Source: Alphaproteobacteria bacterium (GTDB taxonomy: Bacteria; Pseudomonadota; Alphaproteobacteria; JANSWW01). From it: a stretch of 64,000 nt of DNA. Under the pieces are notes generated by a model. That model was not told the origin of the DNA. It saw nothing but the letters and a program-made list of their open reading frames with translations, and searched no databases. The stretch is from NCBI GenBank assembly GCA_024743275.1, contig JANSWW010000007.1, forward strand, positions 151,162-215,161, read 5' to 3'. Positions 9,117-19,585 of this stretch are shown here, piece by piece (position 1 is the first letter of the stretch; every line of letters starts with the position of its first letter). Position numbers and translations under genes: made by a program.

Positions 9117-10229
9117 ATGGCTGGTGTCCATCTGACCGGCCAGGGCGGGCTCGATAAGCTGGTCTACCGGGAGGACATCCCGACGCCCAAGCCCGGCCCG
9201 GGCGAGGTCCTGGTCCAGGTGGCGGCCGCCGGGGTCAACAACACCGACATCAACACCCGGATCGGCTGGTACAGCCCGGACGTCAAATCCGGCACCACGG
9301 CGGAGGGCGGTTCCGAGGGCCTGGGCGACTCCGAAAAGGATACCGGCAGCTGGACCGGCCGCCTGGTCTTCCCGCGTATCCAGGGGGCCGATTGCGTCGG
9401 CCGGATCGCCGCCGTCGGCCCCGGGGTCGATCCGGCTCGGATCGGCGAGCGGACGGTGTGCGAGCCCTATATCGTCGATCCCGACGACGAGACCGGCCTG
9501 GAGAGCGCCGGTTTTCTCGGCAGCGAATATGACGGTGCCTTCGCCCAATTCATGGTCCTGCCGGCCCGCAACGCCCACCGGGTGAGCGACGATCTCGACA
9601 TCCCGGACCCGGCCCTGGCGACCTTGCCCTGCTCGGGCGGGACCGCCATGAACATGCTGGTGATGGCCGGCGCCAAGGCCGGCGATCTCGCCCTGGTCAC
9701 CGGGGCGTCCGGTGGGGTCGGGACCTTCCTGGTTCAGATCCTCAAGCATATTGGCGCCGAGGTGGTGGCGGTCGCCAGTCCCTCCAAGTTCGACGCCGTG
9801 AAGGCGGTCGGCGCCGATCATCTGGTCGACCGTACGACCCCGGATCTGGAGGCGGCGGTCCTGGAGGCGACCGGCGGGCGCCGGGTCAGCCTGGTCGCGG
9901 ATGTGGTCGGCGGCGCCCAGTTCCCGGCGATGCTGGCGCTGCTCCGTCAGGGTGGGCGCTATGTGACGGCGGGGGCGATCGCCGGGCCGGAGGTCACCCT
10001 CGACCTGCGCACCCTCTATCTCAAGAGCCTGTCCTTCTTCGGCTCCACGGTCTACCGCCGGGAGACCTTTCCGAAGCTCATGCGGTTTCTGGAGGAGGGC
10101 GGCATCAAGCCCGTGGTCGACAGCACCGCTCCGCTCGCCGAGATCCGCGACGCCCAAACGCGCTTTCTCGCCAAGACCCATGTCGGAAGTCTGGTGCTGA
10201 TCCCGCCGCCGGTCGGCGCGGCGGACTAG
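9117..10229 (+). CDS. Zinc-binding (medium-chain) dehydrogenase/quinone oxidoreductase family protein
   Basis: GPGEVLVQVAAAGVNNTD and the Rossmann motif GASGGVGTFLVQI. The ATG at 9117 is preferred over the GTG at 9072. A 12-bp tandem duplication (ccccggaccgtt x2) lies just upstream. Confidence 0.8.
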   Translation: MAGVHLTGQGGLDKLVYREDIPTPKPGPGEVLVQVAAAGVNNTDINTRIGWYSPDVKSGTTAEGGSEGLGDSEKDTGSWTGRLVFPRIQGADCVGRIAAVGPGVDPARIGERTVCEPYIVDPDDETGLESAGFLGSEYDGAFAQFMVLPARNAHRVSDDLDIPDPALATLPCSGGTAMNMLVMAGAKAGDLALVTGASGGVGTFLVQILKHIGAEVVAVASPSKFDAVKAVGADHLVDRTTPDLEAAVLEATGGRRVSLVADVVGGAQFPAMLALLRQGGRYVTAGAIAGPEVTLDLRTLYLKSLSFFGSTVYRRETFPKLMRFLEEGGIKPVVDSTAPLAEIRDAQTRFLAKTHVGSLVLIPPPVGAAD

Positions 10230-10846
10230 TCGGCGTCGACCGCCCGCATCATCGCTGCGACGGCCAGATCGCCCGGCCGGCCCCGCTGTTCGAGCGCGGC
10301 GGCCGCCCCGGCGCGGTCCGCGGGGGTCTTGTTCTGGGAGAGCTTCCACTTGCCCTGAAGGTCGGTGATCATGATCTCGAACCCGATCAGCGCCTTTCTA
10401 AGGCCGGTGAACAGCTTGTCGCCGAGCTTGTCGTTGGTCCACGGCTTCTTCGGTAGCAGGCGCTCCTCCTCCTGGGCCGACACGTCGTCCAGAAGGGTCA
10501 CGGTCTCGGCGTCGGTCATCCGCCGGGCCGTGCCGTAGGCGTGCACCACCGCATAGTTCCAGGTTGGGACCTGGCCGTGGCTTTCATACCAGTCGGGCGA
10601 GATATAGGCGTGGGCGCCCTCGAACACGAACAGCACCTCCCCCGCTTCCTCCAGAACATGGGCCGCCGGGTTCGCATGGGCCAGATGACAGCGGATGGTT
10701 CGTGTGTCGCGGTCGATCAGCACCGGCAGATGGGTCGCGTCCGGGCGGCCCTCGATCGTCGTCACGAGCACCGCGAACGGGTCGGACTGCATCAGATCGA
10801 ACAGAATATTCTCATCGGTCTCGGTGAACTGGCGTGGGACATACAT
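10226..10846 (-). CDS. FMN-binding negative transcriptional regulator, PaiB family
   Basis: MYVPRQF... N-terminus, PaiB-like overall pattern, ~205 aa. Confidence 0.7.
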   Translation of the reverse strand: MYVPRQFTETDENILFDLMQSDPFAVLVTTIEGRPDATHLPVLIDRDTRTIRCHLAHANPAAHVLEEAGEVLFVFEGAHAYISPDWYESHGQVPTWNYAVVHAYGTARRMTDAETVTLLDDVSAQEEERLLPKKPWTNDKLGDKLFTGLRKALIGFEIMITDLQGKWKLSQNKTPADRAGAAAALEQRGRPGDLAVAAMMRAVDAD

Positions 10847-10952
10847 TGCGAACGACCATCTCAAAAAGCGGTGAAAGAGAAAAATGGGGTGATGCGTTTT
10901 GCCGGATCGCCCCTATCTTCATCGAAGAAGGCAGGTGAGGAAAAGGCTGAGT

Positions 10953-11663
10953 ATGACGGACAGCATCCCGTTTTTCGGCGGTCAGGCGAAGAAGGACCCC
11001 CTCGACCGCGATCCCTTCTCCGGCCGGCTCAAGGAAAAGCTGATCGGCGCCAAGGAGTCCTGGGCGCGGGACGGCCGTCTGCTGACCGGTGACGCGCCGT
11101 CCACCGGCCGCCGCCGATTACCGCCGGGCCAACGCTTGGTCACGGATTGGCCGGAGCTCGATCTCGGCGTGCAGCCCAACTTGCTGCCCAAGGATTGGTC
11201 CCTGGAGGTTTCCGGCCTGATCGACCGGCCGTTCAAATGGACCTACACCCAGCTCAAGAAGCAGCCCCAGGCCGAGGTCGTCTCCGACATCCACTGTGTC
11301 ACCGCCTGGTCGCGCTACGACAACCGCTGGCAGGGGGTGAGCGCCAGACATCTGATGAGCGTCGCCAAGCCCCGCCCGGAGGCCAGGTTCCTCATTCTCA
11401 AAAGCTACGACGGCTATTCGACCGGCTTGCCGCTCGCCCATTTCGGCGACGAGGACGTGCTCTTGGCGACCCATTGGGAGGGGCGGCCCCTGACCCGCGG
11501 GCACGGCGGCCCGGTGCGGCTTGTTGTCCCGAAACTCTATTTTTGGAAGTCCGCCAAGTGGATTCGGTCGATCCGGTTCACCGATCGCGACGTTAAAGGC
11601 TTCTGGGAGGCGCGTGGCTATCACGATCTCGGGGATCCCTGGAAGGAGCAACGTTATGGCTAA
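10953..11663 (+). CDS. Sulfite oxidase-like molybdopterin-binding oxidoreductase (YedY/MsrP-like)
   Basis: Conserved CVTAWS Moco-binding Cys motif and GYHDLGDPWKEQRY C-terminus. Confidence 0.75.
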   Translation: MTDSIPFFGGQAKKDPLDRDPFSGRLKEKLIGAKESWARDGRLLTGDAPSTGRRRLPPGQRLVTDWPELDLGVQPNLLPKDWSLEVSGLIDRPFKWTYTQLKKQPQAEVVSDIHCVTAWSRYDNRWQGVSARHLMSVAKPRPEARFLILKSYDGYSTGLPLAHFGDEDVLLATHWEGRPLTRGHGGPVRLVVPKLYFWKSAKWIRSIRFTDRDVKGFWEARGYHDLGDPWKEQRYG

Positions 11664-12219
11664 ATTGAAGAAGGTGGCGGGCATGCTGGCCGCCGCCACC
11701 CTGATGTCGATGAGCCCGCAACCGGCGACCGCCGCCGGGAAGGCCTTCGACTTCGAATTCACCGCCATCGACGGCGACCCGATGCCGCTGTCCGAGTTCA
11801 AGGGAAAGGCGGTTCTGGTGGTCAATACCGCCTCGCTGTGCGGCTTCACCGGGCAGTATGCCGGGCTGCAGGAGCTTTACCAAAGCCGGGCCGACAAGGG
11901 CCTGGTGGTGATCGGTGTGCCGTCCAACAACTTCGGCAATCAGGAGCCGGGCACGGAAGAGGAGATCGCGGAATTCTGCGAGGCCCGATACCAGGTCACC
12001 TTCCCGATGACGGAGAAGGTCGATGTGGTCGGCGACAACGCCCATCCTTTCTACCGCTGGATCTCCGCCGAACTGGGCGAGCGACGGGCGCCGCGCTGGA
12101 ACTTCTACAAATATCTGATCTCGCCGGAGGGCGCCGTTGTCGGCTCCTGGCCGTCGACCACGAAACCGACCGCCAAGACCATCACGGCCGAGGTCGATAA
12201 GCTTCTGGCCGGACAATGA
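11656..12219 (+). CDS. Glutathione peroxidase with signal peptide
   Basis: NTASLCGFT active-site motif (Cys replaces Sec), FPMTEK, WNFYKYLI. Confidence 0.85.
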   Translation: MAKLKKVAGMLAAATLMSMSPQPATAAGKAFDFEFTAIDGDPMPLSEFKGKAVLVVNTASLCGFTGQYAGLQELYQSRADKGLVVIGVPSNNFGNQEPGTEEEIAEFCEARYQVTFPMTEKVDVVGDNAHPFYRWISAELGERRAPRWNFYKYLISPEGAVVGSWPSTTKPTAKTITAEVDKLLAGQ

Positions 12220-12692
12220 TTGGAGTTGGGAAAGGCGTGGGCGTCGTCGCGCTGCTGGCCATGCTGGGTGCGCCGTCCACCGCCTGGGCCTTCCCCCAGA
12301 ACGAGGACGCCTTGGGTCCGTTCACCGCGATCGAGGCCCTTTTGAAGCAGGAGGAATACGGTCAGGCGCTCGACGTGCTTGGCCAGATGGAAACCTCCCA
12401 TGGGGAGGAGGCGGACTACTGGGTCCTGCGCGCCTATTCCCAGCGCAAGGCCGGCGACATCGAGAGCAGCCGGGCGAGCTATCTGAGGGCGCTTGAGATC
12501 GATCCCGCCCATATCCGCGGCCGCAATTACTTCGGCTATCTCCACCTCACCGTCGGCGATATCGCCGGCGCCGAGGCACAGCTCGCTTTTCTCGAAGCGC
12601 TCTGCCCCTCCGGCTGCGCGGAACGCGACGATCTCGCCAAGGCGATCGAGGACTACAAATTCGGCGACCCCTATGACGGGCTGAAGTACTAG
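12216..12692 (+). CDS. Secreted hypothetical protein with TPR-like helical repeats
   Basis: N-terminal signal peptide ending AWA; Ala/Leu-rich helical repeats; start overlaps the gpx stop codon. Confidence 0.5.
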   Translation: MIGVGKGVGVVALLAMLGAPSTAWAFPQNEDALGPFTAIEALLKQEEYGQALDVLGQMETSHGEEADYWVLRAYSQRKAGDIESSRASYLRALEIDPAHIRGRNYFGYLHLTVGDIAGAEAQLAFLEALCPSGCAERDDLAKAIEDYKFGDPYDGLKY

Positions 12693-13036
12693 CGTCCGGA
12701 CCCTAAGCCCTGGACCCATAATCGCTTGGCCGAGGGCGGTACTTCCCTCGCGTCGGCAACGGCAAGGATCTCGGCGATCGGTCCTCCACGGGGGCGATCG
12801 AGAGCCTCGTTTCCCCGTCCTTGATGGATGTCGCGTGCTCGTCAGCCCGGGCGATTGTGCCGTGTTTGCTTCGCCTCCCGACCCAGACATCGCCCCGTCC
12901 GATACAATCGGCTTGAGATGAGCCTATGCTAGCAATCTTCTGTTGAGCTGGATGAGTGGTATGCTCGCGATCCGAAGCTTGACACCACGCCCCTGCTCTG
13001 TTCGGCAGGCTCTTAAAGTTAATCTATAGGGGCTTT

Positions 13037-13672
13037 TTGATGTTTGATCAGTATTTGGCGGGGATTCTCGTTGCTTTCGGCGTCTTTATCATGGGGATGT
13101 TAAGCCCTGGCCCGAACATCATGTCGATCATCGGAACGTCCATGGCCGTGGGTCGTTCACAGGGCAAGGCCTTGGCCCTGGGGATCGCGAGCGGGTCGTT
13201 CATCTGGGGCACCCTTACGCTTTTCGGTCTGACCGCATTGTTGGCGGCTTATGCCGGCCTGTTGACGATCATCAAAATCGCGGGGGCGAGTTACCTGCTT
13301 TTTCTCGCTTTCAAGGCATTTTCGTCCTCGTTGAAGGGCAAATCGATGGAAGCGCAGAGCGTCAAAGTCGAAGGCGGAACCGCACGTTACTATCGTCGTG
13401 GCCTCTTGATCCAAATGACAAATCCGAAGGCTGCGTTCACTTGGCTGGCAATCTTGTCCATCGCGCTCGATCCGACAGCGCCTTTCTGGGTTGGAGGCGT
13501 TGTCGTGGCCGGAACGGGAGCCATCTCGATTTTCGGCCATTTGGCATATGCGATCGCGTTTTCGACCGCGCCCATGGTTCGTGGTTACCGCAAAGCACAG
13601 CGATTGATCGACGGAATGCTCGGGTCGTTCTTCACGTTTGCCAGCTACAAGATCGCGACCTCAAATCCATAA
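13037..13672 (+). CDS. LysE/RhtB-family amino-acid exporter
   Basis: LSPGPN motif near the N-terminus; ~210 aa with six hydrophobic segments. Confidence 0.8.
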   Translation: MMFDQYLAGILVAFGVFIMGMLSPGPNIMSIIGTSMAVGRSQGKALALGIASGSFIWGTLTLFGLTALLAAYAGLLTIIKIAGASYLLFLAFKAFSSSLKGKSMEAQSVKVEGGTARYYRRGLLIQMTNPKAAFTWLAILSIALDPTAPFWVGGVVVAGTGAISIFGHLAYAIAFSTAPMVRGYRKAQRLIDGMLGSFFTFASYKIATSNP

Positions 13673-13800
13673 TAGGCAGCGTGACCCTGGGCTCGGCGTG
13701 AAGACCGGCGAGAACACGTCAAGCCCGTTGCCGGTACTTCGGCGATATTGTCGGGCCGAGAGTCGAAGTCCGGCCTCGCCGCTAAACCAGACGTCACCAT

Positions 13801-15501
13801 TTACGAGTGCGCGACCGATGGGCCGGTCGCCGGGACGGTTTTCCCGTCGGGAATGGCGACGATCCCCAGCGGCTCAACCCGTCCGCGCACCTCCGTTTCG
13901 TGCGTCGCGAACCCGCCGAGATCGATGCCGGCCCAGTTGCCGGCGGTTTCGGAGACGATCAGTTGAACCTGATAGTCCTTGGTCAGACTCTCGAGCCGGC
14001 TGGCGATGTTGACCGTGTCCCCGATCGCCGTCATGCCGGTGGCATCCCCATAGCCCATTTCCCCGACGATGCAGGGGCCTGCGTGAACGCCGATACCGAT
14101 CCGGATCGGTTCCGGCAGATCGTCGGCCAGCGACGCGTTCAGCCGCTCCAGATTCTCCGCCATGCGCCTGGCCGCGTCGATCGCCTGCCGGCTGCCGGTC
14201 GCCGGACCCTCCTCGATGCCGAATAGGGCCATCACCCCGTCGCCGATGAATTTGTCGAGCTTCCCGCCTGCCTGGCTCACCGCCGCTCCCATCTCGGCGA
14301 AATAGCGGTTCAGCAGGTACACCGTGTCATAGGGGAGTTTCGCTTCGGCAAGTTTCGTAAAGCTGCGGATATCGGCGAACAGGACCGCGATCTCCCTTTC
14401 CTCTCCTGCGGTGCTGGTCCGCTGAATGCCGGGGGCGCCGCGGACGGAGGGCGGGATCAGGGGCGTGATCTGCAGGTCGGTCTCGGGACGGAGCTGACAG
14501 GCGAGCCTGACCCGGGGCGGGGCGGAGACCCGCCGCAGCACCTTCCGTTCCGCCTCGCTCGCCGCCGGCAGCGTGTCGGCGCCCCTGTCGACCCGGATCC
14601 GGCAGGTCGAGCAGCGGCCCCGGCCGCCGCACACGCTGGCATGGGGAATGCCGCCGATCCGGCTCGCCTCCAGAACCGTGGTGCCCTTGGCGATCTGAAC
14701 CTTCTGGCCTTGCGGATAGGTGATCCGTATCCGGCCGGCCCGCCGGTCGAGACTGTGGAGGGTGATCCGCGCCAACACCAGGAACACCAGCAGGAGGGCG
14801 TAGGCCGCCCAGATCCGGTCCCGCGCGTCGGAAATCTTCTCCGCCATGCCCGGGAGGGTGGCCTTGGACGAGGTGAGCGCTTCGCTCAGCCATGCCCGGT
14901 CCTGCGCCATCTGCTGGACGAACAGACCGGCGTCGACCCAGCCGATCATGGCCACGGTCGGCACGATCACCGCCGGGGTGAAGAGATAGGGCCGCCAGCG
15001 CCGGTATCCCGGCTTGGACGACAGCCAGAAGTCGATGCCGATGCAGCCGTGAACCCAGGCCGCCAGCACCGCCGCCGCCTGAACGAAGCCGGTATAGGGC
15101 ACGAAAACCCAGTGGGCGAGCAGCACGAAGCGGTAGTGGGGCTCGAGCGCGAAGAACTCCTGGGCGAGGCGGGTCGCGGTGACATGCTCGATCAACAGGA
15201 AGGGCAGAACGGCCCCCAGCGCCAACTGGGCGACCTCCTGACGGGTCATCGACTTGAGCCTTTCGCGCAGCAGAAAGGCCCTGGCGGCGATCAGAAGATG
15301 GACGGCAAGCGCCCCGTATAGGGCGATGGTGCCCGGCCGCGACTGCCACACCGCCATGAAGATCTCCCGCCCCGCTTCCAGGGCGCCGATCGAGATGATC
15401 CCGATCATATGGTTCACGAAATGGCTGGTCACATAGACGAAGAGCGTGAGCCCGCTCCACAGCCGCGCCCGGTCCACCCAGGCGGTCGCGGCCTCCGCCA
15501 A
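13801..15501 (-). CDS. Membrane-anchored class III adenylate/guanylate cyclase with an internal 2Fe-2S ferredoxin-type domain
   Basis: About six N-terminal TM helices, then CGGRGRCSTCR...C (plant-type ferredoxin Cys pattern), then the CYCc motifs VLFADIRSFT and KFIGDGVMALFG. Confidence 0.8.
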   Translation of the reverse strand: MAEAATAWVDRARLWSGLTLFVYVTSHFVNHMIGIISIGALEAGREIFMAVWQSRPGTIALYGALAVHLLIAARAFLLRERLKSMTRQEVAQLALGAVLPFLLIEHVTATRLAQEFFALEPHYRFVLLAHWVFVPYTGFVQAAAVLAAWVHGCIGIDFWLSSKPGYRRWRPYLFTPAVIVPTVAMIGWVDAGLFVQQMAQDRAWLSEALTSSKATLPGMAEKISDARDRIWAAYALLLVFLVLARITLHSLDRRAGRIRITYPQGQKVQIAKGTTVLEASRIGGIPHASVCGGRGRCSTCRIRVDRGADTLPAASEAERKVLRRVSAPPRVRLACQLRPETDLQITPLIPPSVRGAPGIQRTSTAGEEREIAVLFADIRSFTKLAEAKLPYDTVYLLNRYFAEMGAAVSQAGGKLDKFIGDGVMALFGIEEGPATGSRQAIDAARRMAENLERLNASLADDLPEPIRIGIGVHAGPCIVGEMGYGDATGMTAIGDTVNIASRLESLTKDYQVQLIVSETAGNWAGIDLGGFATHETEVRGRVEPLGIVAIPDGKTVPATGPSVAHS

Positions 15502-15507
15502 CGCCGG

Positions 15508-16674
15508 TCAGTTCCCGTCGAGCGCGAGCCGGTTCTGGCCGGCCCCGTCGCCGCTATCGGGTTTCGGCACCAGCTCCGGCTCTTCCGTCTCGCCCAACTG
15601 GACCTCCTCGATCCGTTGGGCCCGTTTGGTGACCTTCTCGGTCGAAATGCGGATCTGCCGGATGTCCTCGTCCGCCTGGCCGAAATGGCGTTGCAGTTTC
15701 CCGACCCGATCGTCGAGCCGGTCGACATCCTTTAGAAGGGTCAGGACCTCCTTCTGGATCACGCCGGCCTGTTCGCGCATCCGCGCATCCTTCAGCACCG
15801 CGCGCACGGTGTTGAGCGTCGCCATCAGGGTCGTCGGGCTGACGATCCAGACCTTTTCGGCGAAGGACTTCTCCACCGTATCGGCGAAGCCCGCGTGGAG
15901 TTCGGCGTAGATCGCCTCCGACGGGATGAACATCAGCGCCGATTCCGCCGTCTCGCCCGGAATGATGTAACGCTCCTTGATGTCCTTCACATGGCGCAGG
16001 ACGTCGGTGCGGAAGGCCCGCTCCGCATGGACCCGGTCGGTCTCGTCCTTCGCGGCGTGGAGCCGGCGGTAGCTTTCCAGGGGGAATTTCGAATCGACCG
16101 CGATGGCGCCCGGCGGGTTCGGCAGGGTGAGAAGGCAGTCCGCCATCCGGCCGTTCCCGAGTTTCGCCTGAAACTGATAGGCGTTGGGCGGCAGGATCGA
16201 CTGGACGAGGTTCTCGAGCTGGACCTCCCCGAAAGCCCCACGGGCCTGTTTGTTGTTGAGGATGTCCTGCAGGCCGACGACCTGGGTCGACAATTCGGTG
16301 ATGTTCTTCTGCGCCGAATCGATCACCGCCAGACGCTCTTTCAGCGCGTTGAGGTTCTTGCCGGTGTTCTCCGCCTGCTGGCCGAGGCTGTCGCCGACCC
16401 GTTTCGACATGTCGGCGAGCCGCTGCTCGATCGCCTGGGTCAGCGCCCTTTCCTGGGCGCGCAGGTTTTCCGCCATTTGCTGCTGGGCGGCGGACTGGCT
16501 CTCCGCCACCTGGGCGAGGCGGCCGTTCAGGGCGGACTGGTTCTGGGAGAGCTGGGCGACGACGTTCGAGATCGCCTGGGTATCGCCGCGGGCGCGGCTC
16601 ATCATGAGGGCGGCGGTGCCGAGGCTGATGGCCAGGACAGCCCCGACGATGATCAGAATGAGGGTGGGATCCAT
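15508..16674 (-). CDS. rmuC: DNA recombination protein RmuC
   Basis: N-terminal TM segment, long coiled-coil region and the conserved C-terminal FIPSEAIYAE motif; start set at MDPTLIL. Confidence 0.8.
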   Translation of the reverse strand: MDPTLILIIVGAVLAISLGTAALMMSRARGDTQAISNVVAQLSQNQSALNGRLAQVAESQSAAQQQMAENLRAQERALTQAIEQRLADMSKRVGDSLGQQAENTGKNLNALKERLAVIDSAQKNITELSTQVVGLQDILNNKQARGAFGEVQLENLVQSILPPNAYQFQAKLGNGRMADCLLTLPNPPGAIAVDSKFPLESYRRLHAAKDETDRVHAERAFRTDVLRHVKDIKERYIIPGETAESALMFIPSEAIYAELHAGFADTVEKSFAEKVWIVSPTTLMATLNTVRAVLKDARMREQAGVIQKEVLTLLKDVDRLDDRVGKLQRHFGQADEDIRQIRISTEKVTKRAQRIEEVQLGETEEPELVPKPDSGDGAGQNRLALDGN

Positions 16675-16796
16675 GGGCAAGACCGGGTTCCGGAAAGACA
16701 GCCGAATCCTAACAGAAGTCTGCGCTTTCTTGACGTTCAATCCGACAGGCCATAGCTAAACAGGACGAAATTCACGCCTTCTTGTAGGACCGAACC

Positions 16797-17333
16797 ATGT
16801 CCAGGTTGCCCCTGGTGATCGCCCCCGATCCCGTTTTGAAGAAAAAGACCGAAGCGGTCGCGGATATCGATGACGATATCCGCCGGCTGATGGATGACAT
16901 GGTGGAGACCATGTATGCCGAGCGCGGGATGGGCCTCGCCGCCCCGCAGGTCGGCGTTCTGAAGCGCGTCTTCGTCATGGATGTCGGCGCGGACGGCGGC
17001 GAGCGGCGGCTCGTCAAACTGGCCAATCCGGAGATCGTCTGGGCCTCGGAAGAGACGAAATTCTACGAGGAGGGGTGCCTTTCCATCCCCGGCCAGTTCG
17101 CCGAGGTGGAGCGTCCGGCGGCGGTGAAGGTCCGCTATCTCAACTATGACGGCGAGGTCCGGGAGATCGAGGACGACGGCGTGCTGGCGGTCTGCGCCCA
17201 GCACGAGATCGACCACCTCGACGGGGTTCTCTTCGTCGACCACCTCTCGACCCTCAAGCGCAACATGTTCCTGCGCAAGAGCAAGAAGTACAAAAAGGAC
17301 CGCGAACGCGATCAGGCCAAGGAATCCGCATGA
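16797..17333 (+). CDS. def: Peptide deformylase
   Basis: [18 protein letters not shown] and HEIDHLDG motifs. Confidence 0.9.
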   Translation: MSRLPLVIAPDPVLKKKTEAVADIDDDIRRLMDDMVETMYAERGMGLAAPQVGVLKRVFVMDVGADGGERRLVKLANPEIVWASEETKFYEEGCLSIPGQFAEVERPAAVKVRYLNYDGEVREIEDDGVLAVCAQHEIDHLDGVLFVDHLSTLKRNMFLRKSKKYKKDRERDQAKESA

Positions 17334-18256
17334 GGCTCGCCTTCATGGGGACGCCGGCCTTTTCGGTCCCTGCGCTCGACGCCTTGGTGGCGGCGGGGCA
17401 TGAGATCGCCGCCGTCTACAGCCAGCCGCCGCGGAAAGCCGGCAGGGGCCACAAGGTGGTGCCGAGCCCGGTCCACGCCCGGGCCGAGGCCTTGGGGGTC
17501 GAGGTCCGCACGCCCCCCTCGCTGAAATCCCAAGAAGACCAGGCCGCCTTCGCCGCCCTCGATCTCGACTGCGCGGTGGTCGTCGCCTATGGCCTGATCC
17601 TGCCGAAGCCGATCCTCGACGCGCCGCGGCGGGGTTGCCTCAACATCCATGCCTCCCTGCTGCCCCGTTGGCGCGGCGCCGCGCCGATTCAAAGGGCGAT
17701 CGAGGCGGGAGATTCGGAAACCGGCGTCACCATCATGCAGATGGATGTGGGGCTCGACACCGGCGACATGCTGTTGACCGAAAGGCTGCCGATCACGTCG
17801 GAGACCACGGGGGAGAGCCTGCACGACGATCTTGCCGCCCTGGGCGCCCGGATGATCGTGACCGCCCTGGAGGAGATGGCGGCGGGCGGGCTGACCGCCA
17901 CGCCCCAGCCCGAGGCGGGCGTCACCTACGCCCACAAACTGGACAAGACCGAAAGCGAGATCGATTGGGCCCTCCCGGCCCGCGAGATCGAGCGGCGCAT
18001 TCGGGCGTTCCATCCCTGGCCGGGCACCCGGTTCCGCCACGGTGCGGACGCGATCAAGGTGATGGCCGCCGAGGTGGTTCCGGGAACCGGCGAACCGGGC
18101 CTTGTCCTGGACGACGCCCTGACCATCGCCTGCGGCGAGGACGCGCTCCGCCCCACCCTGTTGCAGCGTCCCGGAAAGGGACCGCAGCCCACCGATGCGT
18201 TCTTGCGGGGGTATCCTATTGACCCGGATACCCTTTTGACGGTTTCTAGGGGCTGA
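17330..18256 (+). CDS. fmt: Methionyl-tRNA formyltransferase
   Basis: Start overlaps the def stop; N-terminal formyltransferase fold ([21 protein letters not shown]). Confidence 0.9.
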   Translation: MRLAFMGTPAFSVPALDALVAAGHEIAAVYSQPPRKAGRGHKVVPSPVHARAEALGVEVRTPPSLKSQEDQAAFAALDLDCAVVVAYGLILPKPILDAPRRGCLNIHASLLPRWRGAAPIQRAIEAGDSETGVTIMQMDVGLDTGDMLLTERLPITSETTGESLHDDLAALGARMIVTALEEMAAGGLTATPQPEAGVTYAHKLDKTESEIDWALPAREIERRIRAFHPWPGTRFRHGADAIKVMAAEVVPGTGEPGLVLDDALTIACGEDALRPTLLQRPGKGPQPTDAFLRGYPIDPDTLLTVSRG

Positions 18257-18279
18257 CTTCCAACGGAGCGGCCGTCCGC

Positions 18280-19017
18280 ATGCCCCGCTATCGCATCATC
18301 GTCGAATATAACGGCCTGCAATATGTCGGGTTCCAGCGCCAGGAGAACGGCCCGTCGATCCAGGCGTCCCTGGAACGCGCGGTCGAGGCCCTGTCCGGGG
18401 AAGAGGTGACGGTCTTCGCCGCCGGGCGGACCGACGCCGGCGTCCATGCCCTGGCCCAGGTCTGTCATTTCGATCTGAAGCGGCCCTTCCTGGAGGATAC
18501 GATCCGCGACGGGCTCAATTACCATCTGAAGCCGCGGCCGATCTCCGTGCTCGCGGCCCAGGAGGCCGCGCCGGAGTTCCACGCCCGTTTCGACGCCATC
18601 GGTCGGGCATATGTCTATCGAATTTCCAATCGCCGGGCGAAGCTGGCGCTGGACCAGGGGCGCTGCTGGCATGTGCCGGTGCCGCTCGACGAGAAGGCGA
18701 TGCACGAGGCGGCCCAACGGTTGGTCGGCGAGCATGACTTCACCAGCTTCCGGGCCAAGGAATGCCAGGCCGACAGTCCGATCAAGACGATGGACCGGCT
18801 GGAGGTGGTCCGCCTGGGCGAAGAGATCCGGGTGCTGGCGGCCGCCCGCTCCTTCCTGCATCACCAGGTCCGCAACATCGTCGGAACGCTGCGGCTGGTC
18901 GGCGAGGGGAAATGGACCGCCGGCGACGTCACCCGGGCGCTGCACGCCCGCGACCGCAAGGTCGCCGGCCCCACCGCGCCCCCGGAAGGGCTCTACCTCA
19001 CGGAAGTGCGGTACTGA
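18280..19017 (+). CDS. truA: tRNA pseudouridine(38-40) synthase TruA
   Basis: YRIIVEYNGLQYVGFQRQ and GRTDAGVHA (catalytic Asp) motifs. Confidence 0.9.
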   Translation: MPRYRIIVEYNGLQYVGFQRQENGPSIQASLERAVEALSGEEVTVFAAGRTDAGVHALAQVCHFDLKRPFLEDTIRDGLNYHLKPRPISVLAAQEAAPEFHARFDAIGRAYVYRISNRRAKLALDQGRCWHVPVPLDEKAMHEAAQRLVGEHDFTSFRAKECQADSPIKTMDRLEVVRLGEEIRVLAAARSFLHHQVRNIVGTLRLVGEGKWTAGDVTRALHARDRKVAGPTAPPEGLYLTEVRY

Positions 19018-19026
19018 GCGGCCTCT

Positions 19027-19581
19027 TCAGAGCGAGTTCAGGCCGATGCCGATGGCGACGTCGAACAGGACCACGGCCATGGTCGGCATCATGTCGAGTT
19101 CGAGCGCCTTGTTCGCGATCTTATAGAGAATGTAGAGGGTCACCCCGAGGGCGAAGACCATGGCGAACCCGCCCATGGCGCCCGGCAGGATCTGGCCCGC
19201 CGTCAGGACCCTGACCAGCAGCAGGATGCCGAGCTGGATCGGGGCCGACCAGTTGTACATCGAGATATAGCGGCCCCACTGATCCTCCCTGTCGAGAAGA
19301 ACGCAGCCGAACAGCATCGCGGTCGGGAACAGGAAGACCCCGATGGCGAACAGGGCGGTTTCCCGCAACACATAGCCTTCCAGCGACAGACCTTCCAGAT
19401 TGGCCATGTCGCCGGTCAGCAATAACAGGAGGAAGAGCGGATAGGCGATCAACGGTCCGGTGAAGGACCGCCACACCGCCTCCGGCGCGTCGTCGATATA
19501 GGTCACGGCCTTGTCGTCGCCCCGCATCAGGGCGACGACGGAGGAGATGCCTCTCGCGATCTCGGACGCCGGCGCCAACAC
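19027..19581 (-). CDS. Hypothetical inner-membrane protein (4-5 TM helices)
   Basis: Hydrophobic ORF with native GC and codon usage, between truA and dapD. Confidence 0.5.
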   Translation of the reverse strand: MLAPASEIARGISSVVALMRGDDKAVTYIDDAPEAVWRSFTGPLIAYPLFLLLLLTGDMANLEGLSLEGYVLRETALFAIGVFLFPTAMLFGCVLLDREDQWGRYISMYNWSAPIQLGILLLVRVLTAGQILPGAMGGFAMVFALGVTLYILYKIANKALELDMMPTMAVVLFDVAIGIGLNSL

Positions 19582-19585
19582 CCGC

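Noticed and set aside
7815-10349. 844-aa minus-strand ORF opposite the dioxygenase and MDR genes
   Set aside because: It is antisense to two CDS with clear motifs. The translation is compositionally biased (R/G/P/D/A) with no domain signature.
12105-12890. 261-aa minus-strand ORF overlapping gpx and the TPR-like gene
   Set aside because: It is antisense to glutathione peroxidase, which has strong motifs. It has no motif of its own and a high-GC spurious composition.
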